In this document: piece by piece, positions 9,290 through 19,126 of the stretch
Numbering within the stretch: the first letter of the stretch is position 1
Layout of the letters: each line of letters opens with the position of its first letter
IMG/VR virus record: IMGVR_UViG_3300038465_000091
Span: 159,507 to 223,506 of that record
Direction: 5' to 3' (one strand)
Length of the DNA stretch: 64,000 bases
The notes under the pieces: model-generated
Database searches by the model: none
The model's input: the letters and a program-made list of their open reading frames with translations, nothing else
Told to the model about the DNA's origin: nothing
Translations under genes and position numbers: made by a program

Positions 9290-9814
9290 ATGACGCCTCC
9301 AGCCAAAATTCTAGCAGTGCAACTCTCTACTCCTGAGCTTAACGTACAGCCTACGGGCGGGGTGGAGCAAATTGGATACAGATGCATTTTGGCCGTTGGT
9401 TCCATTTTAGCTAAGGTCCAAACCACGGTCCTGTTTGGCAGTGATCTGTTTGGCATCGGACGGATGAGCAATTTCTCTGAGGAAACCATATTCCCACGTT
9501 TTGTGAATTCATTCAAGGACAAACCTTGGAAATGGGCGCAGTTGAATGCGATTCCCAACCCCCCTATTCCGTATCCCCAATATCTAGCCGCCCCGCAGCC
9601 TCCAGTAGCGACTGGAATCTGCACGGTGCTGAACGCGGGTTGGGATGCCATGTACGGATACTGGGTTGAATTCAAGGGGAATTACTTCCTGCATTTCCCG
9701 CTGTTCAAGGACTGGGCGAACATCGTCATTCGCGACGGCCCAGACTATAAGGGGTTCCAACGCTCTGCGTATTCGGGCTCGGGGTCGGGTTCATCAGGCA
9801 ATCGCAATTGCTAA
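9290..9814 (+). CDS. Hypothetical protein
   Basis: ORF starting MTPPAKILAVQ; fills the gap; no recognised motif. Confidence 0.6.
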   Translation: MTPPAKILAVQLSTPELNVQPTGGVEQIGYRCILAVGSILAKVQTTVLFGSDLFGIGRMSNFSEETIFPRFVNSFKDKPWKWAQLNAIPNPPIPYPQYLAAPQPPVATGICTVLNAGWDAMYGYWVEFKGNYFLHFPLFKDWANIVIRDGPDYKGFQRSAYSGSGSGSSGNRNC

Positions 9815-10242
9815 ATCGGCGGTTCCATGTTGACCACTGCGTTGAGTAGGTCCTGAGATATTACGGTGTCTTTCTTTCGTTTCTTTTTAGGTACGAATGG
9901 CGTGTAGGGGACCCACAGACTACCAATTTTGACCTGCCATTGCCCATCCACTTGACGACGCTCTTGTCGAGGTTCCGCCCATTTTCGCTTGATCCAATTG
10001 CAGTTGGCGCACAGAAGTTGGTACTTTTTTGTAAACTCGGGGTCTGAAAGCATTTTGTGGTATTTCCATCCCCCCATCCTTCGGGGCAGCGGGTCACCAT
10101 CGCTTTGAATTATCTGTAGACAACGAATATCGGTACAACCCCGGCTTTTGTTCTCATTGATCCATTGACAATCGGGGGACTGACACTGCCCGCCTAAGCG
10201 TCGTATCGCCTCTTCTCTATTCCCCGCACAACGGTATTCCAT
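9811..10242 (-). CDS. HNH-type endonuclease, possibly degenerate
   Basis: LGGQCQSPDC...DIRCLQI...YQLLCANCNWIK. The usual 'IDH' His appears replaced (LQIIQ). Start at 10242, 6 nt after TATCAT. Confidence 0.65.
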   Translation of the reverse strand: MEYRCAGNREEAIRRLGGQCQSPDCQWINENKSRGCTDIRCLQIIQSDGDPLPRRMGGWKYHKMLSDPEFTKKYQLLCANCNWIKRKWAEPRQERRQVDGQWQVKIGSLWVPYTPFVPKKKRKKDTVISQDLLNAVVNMEPPI

Positions 10243-10396
10243 AAAGCCATGATACCACAAAAATCGCTAATGAACGAGTTTTCTTGATACCAAACCCTTA
10301 TTACGAACGCACTTTTCTATAGTCCTTCGCCCCCAAAAGGCCGGATTGGAATTGGGCAATCTGTTTCAAATTTGCTTCACAATTCTGGAGAACTAA

Positions 10397-10966
10397 ATGA
10401 GCGTAAAGCTTCATTATCTGGGTCAGAACGATTCCGTTAACTGCACCCCAGCTTTGTTCCTCACTGGCGATCCGGGAACTGACCAACAGACGTTAGCTGC
10501 TGGCGGGTATGTGGGCGGTGTGATTGTTGCCATCACTGGCGCGAGCACAAACGCAGCGTATCCAGTCCAGTCGGCGAACCAACCTGCTTTCGGCCTCATC
10601 GGTAATATCGTTCCGTGCGACACGGACGCTACGACCTATGGCTCGACGAATGGCGGCGTTCCCTTCGCGACACTACTCAATAACGGCGGCGAATTCGCTG
10701 GCGCTATTGGTCCTTCCGGTTCCAAGAAAGCCCCCGTTGTCCGTGCCATGTGGCAGGGAATGGTGGGTAACTCGGACGGGAAGTGCTACGACACGGCGGC
10801 AACATTCGTCCTCGGTGCATACCTGTACTGCGGCGGCTCAGCCCACACGAACGTCGGACAGTACACCGATGCGGCACACAGCAATGCGTCCGCGATCAAA
10901 GTCGGCATCTGCACCCACGTTCCCACCACGACCGAAGCTTGGCTCGGCGTAGCGTCGTTACTGTAA
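10397..10966 (+). CDS. Head decoration / capsid cement protein
   Basis: GGAG RBS; 189-aa Gly/Ala-rich beta protein immediately upstream of the major capsid gene; GSKKAPV...Y..GAYLY...VGIC..P pattern. Confidence 0.65.
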   Translation: MSVKLHYLGQNDSVNCTPALFLTGDPGTDQQTLAAGGYVGGVIVAITGASTNAAYPVQSANQPAFGLIGNIVPCDTDATTYGSTNGGVPFATLLNNGGEFAGAIGPSGSKKAPVVRAMWQGMVGNSDGKCYDTAATFVLGAYLYCGGSAHTNVGQYTDAAHSNASAIKVGICTHVPTTTEAWLGVASLL

Positions 10967-10982
10967 AGGAGAATGAACTAAC

Positions 10983-11942
10983 ATGGCAAATCTTTCTCGT
11001 ACACAACAGCAGACGGCTATGCTTGGACAGTTGCTCAAGACCGCAGGTGGTCGTCAAAAATTAGCGGCGTCGTTGGGACCGTCCCTCCGTCGTCGTCGTG
11101 ACTATATGAGCATTGCTCGTAAGGCTCTTATGGTCGAAACTCTTCCCGATGGCGCACTCCCCATCTACGACAAGGAATTCGATGTTAGCGCGATGACTGT
11201 GGGCTCGACCCCCGGCTCGTCTTTCGTTGAAGCCTTTGTGGTCGGTGAAGAAGGCGGCGACATTGTGCGTGTGACCAAGCCAAAGCGTGTCACGGTTCCG
11301 ACGTTTGAAATCGTGTCCAACCCCATGATCCCGATCACCCAGATCAAGGAACGTCGTTTCGATCTCGTTGCTCGCTCACTCAACCTCGCAAAGGCTGAAG
11401 TAGGCGCGGCAGAAGATGGTTACGTGTTCAATCTGTTTGACGGTGTTGCGGCGGGCGCAGTCGGCCATGCACCAAACGATCCGGTTTACAACCCCGACAT
11501 TCCAATCAACGCCCCCATCGACATCAACTCGCTGGCGGATGGATTTGGTCAGGTTGCACGCCACGATCTGTCGGTTGCTTTCATCTTCTTCAATCCTCGC
11601 GATTACACGGATTTGTTGAAGTGGACGCAGCAAAACATCGACCGTGAAACACAGCGCAAGCTGTTGAAGACGGGCGTCATGGGCTATCTCTGGGGCGCAA
11701 CGCTCCTCCAGTCTCGTAAGGTCGGCTACGGCTGCATCTATATTCTGGCGGACGCTGAGTTCCTCGGCGTAATCCCAGAACGTATTCCGTTGACCGTGAT
11801 GAGTGCCGACCGTCCTGATTTGAGGCAAATCGGATTCTCGATATTTGAGAATTTGGGCTTCCTCGTCTTCAATCCTTCAGGCGTTCAGCGGTTGACCGTT
11901 AACGGTCGCTTCAACGCGGCTGCCAACTTCGGCGAGAACTAA
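10983..11942 (+). CDS. Major capsid protein (HK97 fold)
   Basis: AAGGAG RBS; RRDYMSIARKALMVETLPDGALPIYDKE...RVTVPTFEIVSNP.I...KERRFD...AAEDG...GYLWGA...GFSIFENLG; followed by a strong terminator. Confidence 0.88.
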   Translation: MANLSRTQQQTAMLGQLLKTAGGRQKLAASLGPSLRRRRDYMSIARKALMVETLPDGALPIYDKEFDVSAMTVGSTPGSSFVEAFVVGEEGGDIVRVTKPKRVTVPTFEIVSNPMIPITQIKERRFDLVARSLNLAKAEVGAAEDGYVFNLFDGVAAGAVGHAPNDPVYNPDIPINAPIDINSLADGFGQVARHDLSVAFIFFNPRDYTDLLKWTQQNIDRETQRKLLKTGVMGYLWGATLLQSRKVGYGCIYILADAEFLGVIPERIPLTVMSADRPDLRQIGFSIFENLGFLVFNPSGVQRLTVNGRFNAAANFGEN

Positions 11943-11967
11943 CCTTCTCGTTGTTTTGGTACAACTT

Positions 11968-12001
11968 AGGGGCACGGGAAACCGTGCCCCTTTTTCTTTT
12001 T
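11968..12001 (+). terminator. Intrinsic terminator after the capsid gene
   Basis: AGGGGCACGG-GAAA-CCGTGCCCCT plus T-tract. Confidence 0.9.
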
Positions 12002-12049
12002 CCCCAATATCCTTCTCTCTTTTGGGTATTAAACAGCTAGGGGTAAAGA

Positions 12050-12520
12050 ATGCAAAAAATTTATGTAGCCAAGTCCCCGATCAATTTTGTTCAATTTAGC
12101 TTCCGAGTTAACGCGGGGGATATTCTCGTTCACGATACCGTCAATCAAAAGCTGACCGTGTTTCGCAATGGACAGATCGTCAAGACCCTGAAGCAATCTT
12201 CGCTAGGCATGAGTGCTCTCCTCAAGGACCATGCCGAGGAGGTGGTCACTAAGCCGACGCCCCAACCGATTGATCCCGCAGAGTGCCAGCGAATGCTGAA
12301 GCTCTCGTTGCCAAAACTCAAGCCTGACCTACCAAAAACTCCATCAACACCGCAAAAACCGACACAGGAAGAGATTAAACAGAAGCGGAAGAAAGCCCAA
12401 CCGACTGAAGTCTCTACCGATGACCCCGTGTTCCGCGAGCGGATGGGTCTCAAAGACGGTGAGGACCTCGAAGACCCGAAGGTGCGTAAGCGTCTCGGCC
12501 TCAAAGATAAGACGTTCTAA
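12050..12520 (+). CDS. Hypothetical protein
   Basis: 156-aa ORF with a C-terminal tandem motif DPVFRERMGLKD / DPKVRKRLGLKD. Confidence 0.7.
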   Translation: MQKIYVAKSPINFVQFSFRVNAGDILVHDTVNQKLTVFRNGQIVKTLKQSSLGMSALLKDHAEEVVTKPTPQPIDPAECQRMLKLSLPKLKPDLPKTPSTPQKPTQEEIKQKRKKAQPTEVSTDDPVFRERMGLKDGEDLEDPKVRKRLGLKDKTF

Positions 12521-12694
12521 ATGCCAAACCGTAATAAGCCTACCAGCCTACAGACTGAGCCCGCATACCCAGACCATGAAACAGTGTGCTTCTGTATGGG
12601 TGCCCCCGATTTAACCTGTCATTCCGCATCAAGTCGTTGCCTCATTGAGGAGCCGCACCTGATCGTGGGATGTGGAGAATTTGACCATGAATGA
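12521..12694 (+). CDS. Small Cys/His-rich hypothetical protein (57 aa)
   Basis: ATG directly after the previous stop; MPNRNKPT...CFC...CH...C...H...CGEFDHE*. Confidence 0.35.
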   Translation: MPNRNKPTSLQTEPAYPDHETVCFCMGAPDLTCHSASSRCLIEEPHLIVGCGEFDHE

Positions 12695-12732
12695 AGTTAT
12701 TCATCTACCTAACCATTAGGTGGGGGCGTCTT

Positions 12733-13629
12733 GTGATTGTCTACCGCATAACCAACAAAATAAACGGCAAGGTTTATATCGGCAAGACCGTTAAGCCGCT
12801 TACCAGACGTTGGCAACACCACAAAAGAGATGCTCGTGGTGAGAGTCAAGTGTACTTTCATCGCGCTATCCGCAAACACGGTCCGGAATCTTTTATAGTT
12901 GAGCCTGTCTATGTAGCCAAAACTGAGAAAGAGTTGGCTGCGATGGAGACGTTCTTCATTGTCCTGCATCAGTCTTACAAACCAGAAAATGGCTACAACG
13001 GAACTCTTGGTGGGGATGGTATCGGACTTCTCACGGACGAAACCCGTCAACGGATGCGTGATGCTAAAACTCCAGAAATTAGGCGTCGTATGAGTGAGCG
13101 GATGATGGGTGTTCCTCTCTCCATAGAGCATTGTAGGCGCATCGGGGATTCGAAACGTGGTGAAAAAAACCCGCATTGGGGCAAACCACGTAGTGAAGAA
13201 ACCCGTCGCAGGATTGGGAAGGCTCAATTAGGAAAGAAACTATCCCCCGAGCACCGCGAAAAAATAGGTAAAGCGCACCAAGGAAAGGCACTGTCAGAAG
13301 AACATCGTCTTGCCTTGAGTGAGGCCCATAAAGGGTTGGTGTTCTCCGATGAACACCGCAAAAATCTTAGTCAAGCTCTCTCGGGGGAGCGAAACGTTGG
13401 GTACGGCACGAAGTGGGTATCCAAAGATTCCGAAACAATCAGGATTCCTTCCCATCTTCTCGATTCTTATGTAGAACAGGGCTGGACGGCGGGAAGGGCG
13501 TCTTTGTTGGGCAAGAAACCACCTAAAGAACGGATTGAGAAGGTGTTGGCGTACTGGACTCCCGAACGTCGAGCACAGCGGTCGGAGGACTATACTATGC
13601 GACGGGAGAATCAAACACAATGTTCGTAA
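12733..13629 (+). CDS. GIY-YIG homing endonuclease with NUMOD3 repeats
   Basis: IVYRITNKINGKVYIGKT...GYNGTLGG plus repeated S.EHR.KI/LS.A.KG units. Confidence 0.9.
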   Translation: MIVYRITNKINGKVYIGKTVKPLTRRWQHHKRDARGESQVYFHRAIRKHGPESFIVEPVYVAKTEKELAAMETFFIVLHQSYKPENGYNGTLGGDGIGLLTDETRQRMRDAKTPEIRRRMSERMMGVPLSIEHCRRIGDSKRGEKNPHWGKPRSEETRRRIGKAQLGKKLSPEHREKIGKAHQGKALSEEHRLALSEAHKGLVFSDEHRKNLSQALSGERNVGYGTKWVSKDSETIRIPSHLLDSYVEQGWTAGRASLLGKKPPKERIEKVLAYWTPERRAQRSEDYTMRRENQTQCS

Positions 13630-14639
13630 CGATTCCCCTGTCAAAACTGCAACAAAAGTTCGGGGTAAAAACAGCCATCAGTCTTCCCGACTTGGTGCGT
13701 CAAACCAACAGTTTTTCTAAACGCTATAGGCCCGGGTGTACCCCGACTCTCCTTGATTCAAACCCCAAAGCCTTGTTTCTTCACTACAACGTGAAGTGCA
13801 ACAAAGAAGATTCCGACCCGGCGGGACACGATGTGCGTGTTCAATTTGACACGACAAAGGTGCAGGAATCTAGCCAAGCGAAAGACCTCGACGTGCAAAT
13901 TAGCTGCTCCTGCCCTGCGTTTTTGTATTGGGGTGCCCAGTGGAACCTCCACCAGCGAGATGGGCTGCTAGGGACGCCCAGACCGCAGCTACAGGCACCT
14001 ACAGAGCGGCTTGACCTGCGGGGCAACTTCGTTATCTGCAAACACGTCCATTCGGTGTTCGAGCGCATCCTGCCGAGCGTGCAGCACAACATCGTGAAGA
14101 TATTGCGTGAGCGGACGATGCAAGAGAAGAAGGACGAACTGGACAAGACGCCCGAGCGCCTCCAAGAGAAACAGGAGGAGATGAAGAAAAAGAAGGAACT
14201 GGAGAAGATCAGGAAGGTTAAGGACAAGGAGGTTCAGGACAAGCTGTACGAAGCCCTCCGCGAGCAAGAGGAAGCCCGCCTGATGCATGAAGAGGACTTG
14301 GAGGATCAGGTAGAGCCCGTGGTCGAGCGCGACAAGCCAGCGACCGCGCCTGCCGAGGAAAAGCCGAAGCCTGCTCCAGTGCCCGCACCAGCACCAAAGC
14401 CTGCCCCGAATGGAGAAGAAGAGGCGATTCAGAACCTTTATCAGAACGAGCAGGAGAGTATTGAAGAGAAGCACCGTAAGGGCGAGCCTCATTTGCATCA
14501 AGGGCTGCCATACGAAGAAACAGAGGCAAAACCCGTGAAGGAAAAGAAGTCACCTGAGTACATGGAAAAACTTCGAAAGGTCTGGAAGTACGTTAAGGAC
14601 CGCGCAAAAGAACTGGCTCTAAGCGAAGAGGGAAAGTAA
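13620..14639 (+). CDS. SWIM-type Zn-finger protein
   Basis: VQISCSCPAFLYWG...ICKHV (CxC...CxH) followed by a charged coiled-coil tail. Confidence 0.7.
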   Translation: MFVTIPLSKLQQKFGVKTAISLPDLVRQTNSFSKRYRPGCTPTLLDSNPKALFLHYNVKCNKEDSDPAGHDVRVQFDTTKVQESSQAKDLDVQISCSCPAFLYWGAQWNLHQRDGLLGTPRPQLQAPTERLDLRGNFVICKHVHSVFERILPSVQHNIVKILRERTMQEKKDELDKTPERLQEKQEEMKKKKELEKIRKVKDKEVQDKLYEALREQEEARLMHEEDLEDQVEPVVERDKPATAPAEEKPKPAPVPAPAPKPAPNGEEEAIQNLYQNEQESIEEKHRKGEPHLHQGLPYEETEAKPVKEKKSPEYMEKLRKVWKYVKDRAKELALSEEGK

Positions 14640-14779
14640 TGTCTACGCCTTGGACTCGCGGCGATGTGCTCGATCTGCACATCTTCATCCTGCTGTTGAT
14701 CTGGTTCACACTGGACCGAAGCAACATCTATTTCACAGATGTGATCGCATTTGCAAAGAGGCTGTTCAAGAGGAAGTAA
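14639..14779 (+). CDS. Small membrane protein (46 aa)
   Basis: TAATG-coupled on both sides; MSTPWTRGDVLDLHIFILLLIWFTLDRSNIYFTDVIAFAKRLFKRK. Confidence 0.55.
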   Translation: MSTPWTRGDVLDLHIFILLLIWFTLDRSNIYFTDVIAFAKRLFKRK

Positions 14780-15579
14780 TGCAAATCGTAACGGCATTCA
14801 CGAATGGGGCGTACCCGAACAGAGTTCAGCTTGTGGTATCGCCGCCGTTTGTCGGCCCGTTTACACAGCCCGGACCTCTTGGTGCGTTCAACCCCGTTCG
14901 TGATCTGAGCATTTACGCGGATGGGGCGCTTCAGACCATCTCATCCTTCAGTTTCGATACGAATAACAGTCGGTACCTGATCTACTTGATTCAAGCTATC
15001 GATCCTCAGAGTTTTGTTCAGGTCGTCCACCACGTGCCTAATCCCCCCTTCATGGACTTGGTAGCTGGCAGTATCCCCGACTCCTTTGTGCTACTAGAAG
15101 ACGGCTCCATACTTCTTCTTGAGGATGGCGGGGTGGTTGAACTGGAATCGTCGGTCAGCGAATTGCCCAACGTGCCCGGATTTGCGCTGGTTGCTACCTT
15201 CATTCCAGCGGGAGACATCGTATCACCTGAAATGGCATTGACCCCCGTCCCGTCAACTGCCATCTTCGCTGGCGGTACAATAACGCCAAACGTCATTGAC
15301 CTGTTGTGGCTGACGGCGGGTGTGGCACAAGTCATTATAACGGGCACTAATGGGCTCGATACGGGGTTCTTGGGACCTTCGGGCGTCTATTTTTTAGACC
15401 TCACGGGCTCTGGCTCTGGGTGGGGTGTAAGTTGGGGGAATTTTTGGGGAGGGGGAACGCAAGGACCGGGTACCATCATTCTGACGATGACGGGGTACGA
15501 TGCCGTGGGAAACCCGATTTTGGTGGGCTCGCCGCCAATCCTTTTGACGGTTACCGCAACTATAACCATAACCACGTAG
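14779..15579 (+). CDS. Putative virion structural protein
   Basis: Beta-rich; LLEDGSILLLEDG and WGVSWGNFWG motifs. Confidence 0.55.
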   Translation: MQIVTAFTNGAYPNRVQLVVSPPFVGPFTQPGPLGAFNPVRDLSIYADGALQTISSFSFDTNNSRYLIYLIQAIDPQSFVQVVHHVPNPPFMDLVAGSIPDSFVLLEDGSILLLEDGGVVELESSVSELPNVPGFALVATFIPAGDIVSPEMALTPVPSTAIFAGGTITPNVIDLLWLTAGVAQVIITGTNGLDTGFLGPSGVYFLDLTGSGSGWGVSWGNFWGGGTQGPGTIILTMTGYDAVGNPILVGSPPILLTVTATITITT

Positions 15580-15673
15580 AGGGACTACAAATCCGTTATA
15601 TAGGTGCCGATTAGAGCGGTTGGGAGAAAACAGATGGCTAACGAATTTTACACCTACCTGTGGGAGCATCATA

Positions 15674-18600
15674 ATGCCTAATGGAAAAATCAGTCAGCTT
15701 GCCTCAGGCATCCCCGCCCAAGGTGGAGACCTGCTCCTCATAACACGCATTGGCTCGCCCAATCAAAGCCTTTCCGTGTCGGCGGCGAGTGTCGCGGCTC
15801 TGGGCGGTGGATCGTTCACCAATCTTGCGACTGGCACCAACACCGCAGCCACATTTACGATAGGCAACGGAGCATCACTCACGTTTTCGGGTATCACATC
15901 CCCAGTCATTACGCAATTAGCTACGGCGTCAGCTTACGCCATCCTCGGTGCATCAGCAGTCACGAACTCGGACGGTGCAAGCACCATAATCAGCGGCGGG
16001 AACATCGGCTCCTTCCCGACCAACACAATCACGCCGGGAAGCCCGCCATGGACTCTTTCGGGTGCAGCAGTGATTACGGCAGTTGCTCAAAACCAGACAG
16101 ACTTGGCTACAGCAATCGCAACTTACCAAGCGATGGGGCCGGGAACCGCCCTTGGTGTGGCTCTCGACGGCCTAACCCTCACCCCCGGCGTTTACAGCGG
16201 CGGCACTTTCACCATCAGCGGCGGAACACTAACTCTCAACGGCGCGGGCGTTTACGTTTTCCTCGCCTCAACTACGATTGGCTTGACGAGTGCTTCAACA
16301 ATCATTCTGGCAGGTGGTGCAACAGCCGCGAACGTTGTTTTCGTTTGTGGCAGTTCATTCACCGCAGCCGCCAACGCTGGCACCGTGTTCAACGGCAACA
16401 TTCTCGCACATACCTCCATTACAGTTGATGGCGGTATTTACAACGGTCGGTTACTTGCCAATATCGGAGCAGTCACCATTTCTACCGCTACCACCATCGC
16501 TACACCAGTGGGCTCTTCTCTTGGCATAATCAATGCGAATGAAATTTTCGGCGTGGTTGTTAGCGGGATAGCCCCAACCGCAGGACAAGTTCTCACAGCA
16601 ACAAGTGCCACAACAGCGAATTGGCAAACTCCCAGCGGGGGCGGCGGTTCGGGAACAGTGACCTCAGGCACCGTGGGACAAATCGCTATTTATGCAGCCA
16701 GCGGCACTACGGTTAGCGGCTTTTCCAATGGCGTGTTTTACCCCGAGACGTATGGCGCGGTTGGCAACGGTATCCACGATGACACTACAGCCATCCAAGC
16801 AGCAATCACAGCCGCTTCAGCGAGCGGTGGAACAGTTCAGTTTGGTGTCAAGACCTACCTTATCACTGCTACGCTTGTAATCACCTCCTCTAATGTCGGC
16901 ATGGCGGGATTGACCGCAGGTACTCCCGTTGGGGGAGGCGCTAGTGGAACCATAATCACTTGCAACAGCGCAACTGTCGATATGGTAAATGTCGGCAACG
17001 GCGGCACACAGGTTCACAGCAATCTTCTAAAAGACTTCTGCCTTGCACGATCCGTCACTCCCACCACTGGAAACGGACTCATACTGAACAGCGTGATCGA
17101 TGCCAAGCTGGAAAACCTCTGGGTCTTCGACAGCATCTTCTGCTTCTATCACCAGAATGCCCAGCTTTGCACGTACACTAATTGCTTAGCTGAATGGACG
17201 GCCCTCAGCAACGGCATCACGGGATACGGCTTTAAGATGGTGGGAACAAACACTACGGGGTTCTTCTCTACGCGAATGACGGACTGTATTGCCATCAACA
17301 AAGCGTCCTCAGGAACTTTCCATGGAATGCACGTAAGCACTTCGGGGGCTGGAGTATCCGATCTTTTCACCGAGGGTTTCGAGACGGCCTCATGCACGTA
17401 TGGAGTGTACATCGACGGAGCTTCATCTAACTTCAACGAAGATATTCATTTCTTAAGAACCATCCACGACGCTTCAACTGTGAGTGCTTTTTATATCACA
17501 GGTTTGAACGGGCACGACGCTTACGTAGAAATAAACGGCGGGTACACAGCTAATCTTGGGTCGGCACCCGCTATCGACATCGAGAACAGTTCTGGAGTTG
17601 TAGTTAACAATGTCAATTTCATCGGGCTCAACGCCGGTACTGGTCCGTGCGTCCTAATAAATGGTTCTAGCTCAAAAGGTAATATCGTTCAGTCGAACGT
17701 GATGTACTGTAGCTCTACGTCGCAGACCGTGATTAGCCTTACGGGGAGTGCCGCGAATAACAACGTCAGCAGCAACATCATAGTTGGAGCCGTGCACAGC
17801 TTCGCCGTTGGTATCGGTCTGGCTTCGTCGTCATACAACACGGTTGACGGAAACACGTTGTCAGGTACGGGCACAGTAGGAATTTCATTGGACACTGGCA
17901 GTGGGCACAACGGTGGAGTCAACGTAGTCGATCCCACATCTATCACAACCCCTCTATTGGATCATGGCACGGGGAATTTCGTTACGATCACTGGAGGCGG
18001 CGGTTCGGGAACGGTCACTCACACGGGTTCGTTGACTTCAAATGCCATCATTCTTGGCAATGGCTCTGCGGATATTAAACCGGGGGTAGTTCTTCCCGGC
18101 AGCGTGACGGTCTATTATGACGGTACGGGAAATTTCAGCGTGCCGGGAGGTGGAGGGGGAAGTCCGGGCTCCCTATTTGCTAAAACGTGGTTTACAACGG
18201 GGCTGGCGGGGCAGAGAGCAATAAATACTGTCTATCAGAACACCACGGGGCAACCCATCATAGTGTTTGGGTGGATGGTGGGAAATAACAACGATCTTCA
18301 AGCCGTGACCGATGCATCTCCCACCCCGTCTACAGTAGTGTTAGACCAGTATGCCCAGTCGGGATTTGGCACCAATTTCTTTTTCATGGTGTCTAACAAC
18401 GATTACTACGAACTCATCTGCGTTGGTGGTACTTCTGTAGCTTGGGTAGAGTTGGAGATTATCACAGGGAGCGTTACATTTTCAGGAGAATTGTCGGGCA
18501 GTCGTTCGCTAAGTACGGTTTACCAAAACACCAGCGGCGGAGCAATGCTGGTGCTGGTCGATCTTTCAAGCGTCGGTGGTGGTACAACCATCCAAGGTAT

Positions 18601-19102
18601 AAGTGACGCTGGCGCTTCCCCCACAAACGTTGTTTGGCAGTCCGATGGGGTCTCCACGGGAAGCCAGACGATCTGGATGATGATTCCGAACAATCATTAC
18701 TACGAAGTGACTTGCTCGGGGGCGTCTGTTGGACATTGGAATGAGTATTCTCTGCCATTCAATGCTTCCAAGTCCATTGATTATTCGATTGCTCCAGTGC
18801 TGAGAAGTCTTCAAGCCATCGCGGGTTCCGCCCCATCAACCACAGGCGTTCAGATAGCGAGTGTGGGCAAAGATATGTTTGTATCGGTGTCATCCCTGCC
18901 TTCAACGACGGGAAATTTGATTATAAACTCCAGTTATTGTTCCCCTCCGGGAACTACTCCGTATGATACCACCACTATGTCGAACACCAATTCGCAACGT
19001 AGTGCGGGGGCACTGTTTGTATCACTTGGGGAATTCTATACCGCTCGACAAAACAGTGGTTCGCCCACGTTGGCTCACTGGTGGGAATATACACTCGGGT
19101 AA
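15674..19102 (+). CDS. Fibre/spike protein: DUF3494 ice-binding-like domain, pectate-lyase-like beta-helix and C-terminal NTVYQNT repeats
   Basis: YAILGASAVTN...LTPGVY...GGATAANVVFVCGSS...GNILAHTSIT...GRLLA (about 15914-16508); YGAVGNGIHDDTTAIQAAI beta-helix start; three C-terminal repeats. Confidence 0.8.
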   Translation: MPNGKISQLASGIPAQGGDLLLITRIGSPNQSLSVSAASVAALGGGSFTNLATGTNTAATFTIGNGASLTFSGITSPVITQLATASAYAILGASAVTNSDGASTIISGGNIGSFPTNTITPGSPPWTLSGAAVITAVAQNQTDLATAIATYQAMGPGTALGVALDGLTLTPGVYSGGTFTISGGTLTLNGAGVYVFLASTTIGLTSASTIILAGGATAANVVFVCGSSFTAAANAGTVFNGNILAHTSITVDGGIYNGRLLANIGAVTISTATTIATPVGSSLGIINANEIFGVVVSGIAPTAGQVLTATSATTANWQTPSGGGGSGTVTSGTVGQIAIYAASGTTVSGFSNGVFYPETYGAVGNGIHDDTTAIQAAITAASASGGTVQFGVKTYLITATLVITSSNVGMAGLTAGTPVGGGASGTIITCNSATVDMVNVGNGGTQVHSNLLKDFCLARSVTPTTGNGLILNSVIDAKLENLWVFDSIFCFYHQNAQLCTYTNCLAEWTALSNGITGYGFKMVGTNTTGFFSTRMTDCIAINKASSGTFHGMHVSTSGAGVSDLFTEGFETASCTYGVYIDGASSNFNEDIHFLRTIHDASTVSAFYITGLNGHDAYVEINGGYTANLGSAPAIDIENSSGVVVNNVNFIGLNAGTGPCVLINGSSSKGNIVQSNVMYCSSTSQTVISLTGSAANNNVSSNIIVGAVHSFAVGIGLASSSYNTVDGNTLSGTGTVGISLDTGSGHNGGVNVVDPTSITTPLLDHGTGNFVTITGGGGSGTVTHTGSLTSNAIILGNGSADIKPGVVLPGSVTVYYDGTGNFSVPGGGGGSPGSLFAKTWFTTGLAGQRAINTVYQNTTGQPIIVFGWMVGNNNDLQAVTDASPTPSTVVLDQYAQSGFGTNFFFMVSNNDYYELICVGGTSVAWVELEIITGSVTFSGELSGSRSLSTVYQNTSGGAMLVLVDLSSVGGGTTIQGISDAGASPTNVVWQSDGVSTGSQTIWMMIPNNHYYEVTCSGASVGHWNEYSLPFNASKSIDYSIAPVLRSLQAIAGSAPSTTGVQIASVGKDMFVSVSSLPSTTGNLIINSSYCSPPGTTPYDTTTMSNTNSQRSAGALFVSLGEFYTARQNSGSPTLAHWWEYTLG

Positions 19103-19126
19103 GACCGTTAAGTAGGAGAAAAACAA

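Noticed and set aside
10983-11942. Cellular encapsulin shell
   Set aside because: The context of protease, scaffold, decoration protein and tail sheath/tube indicates a phage capsid.
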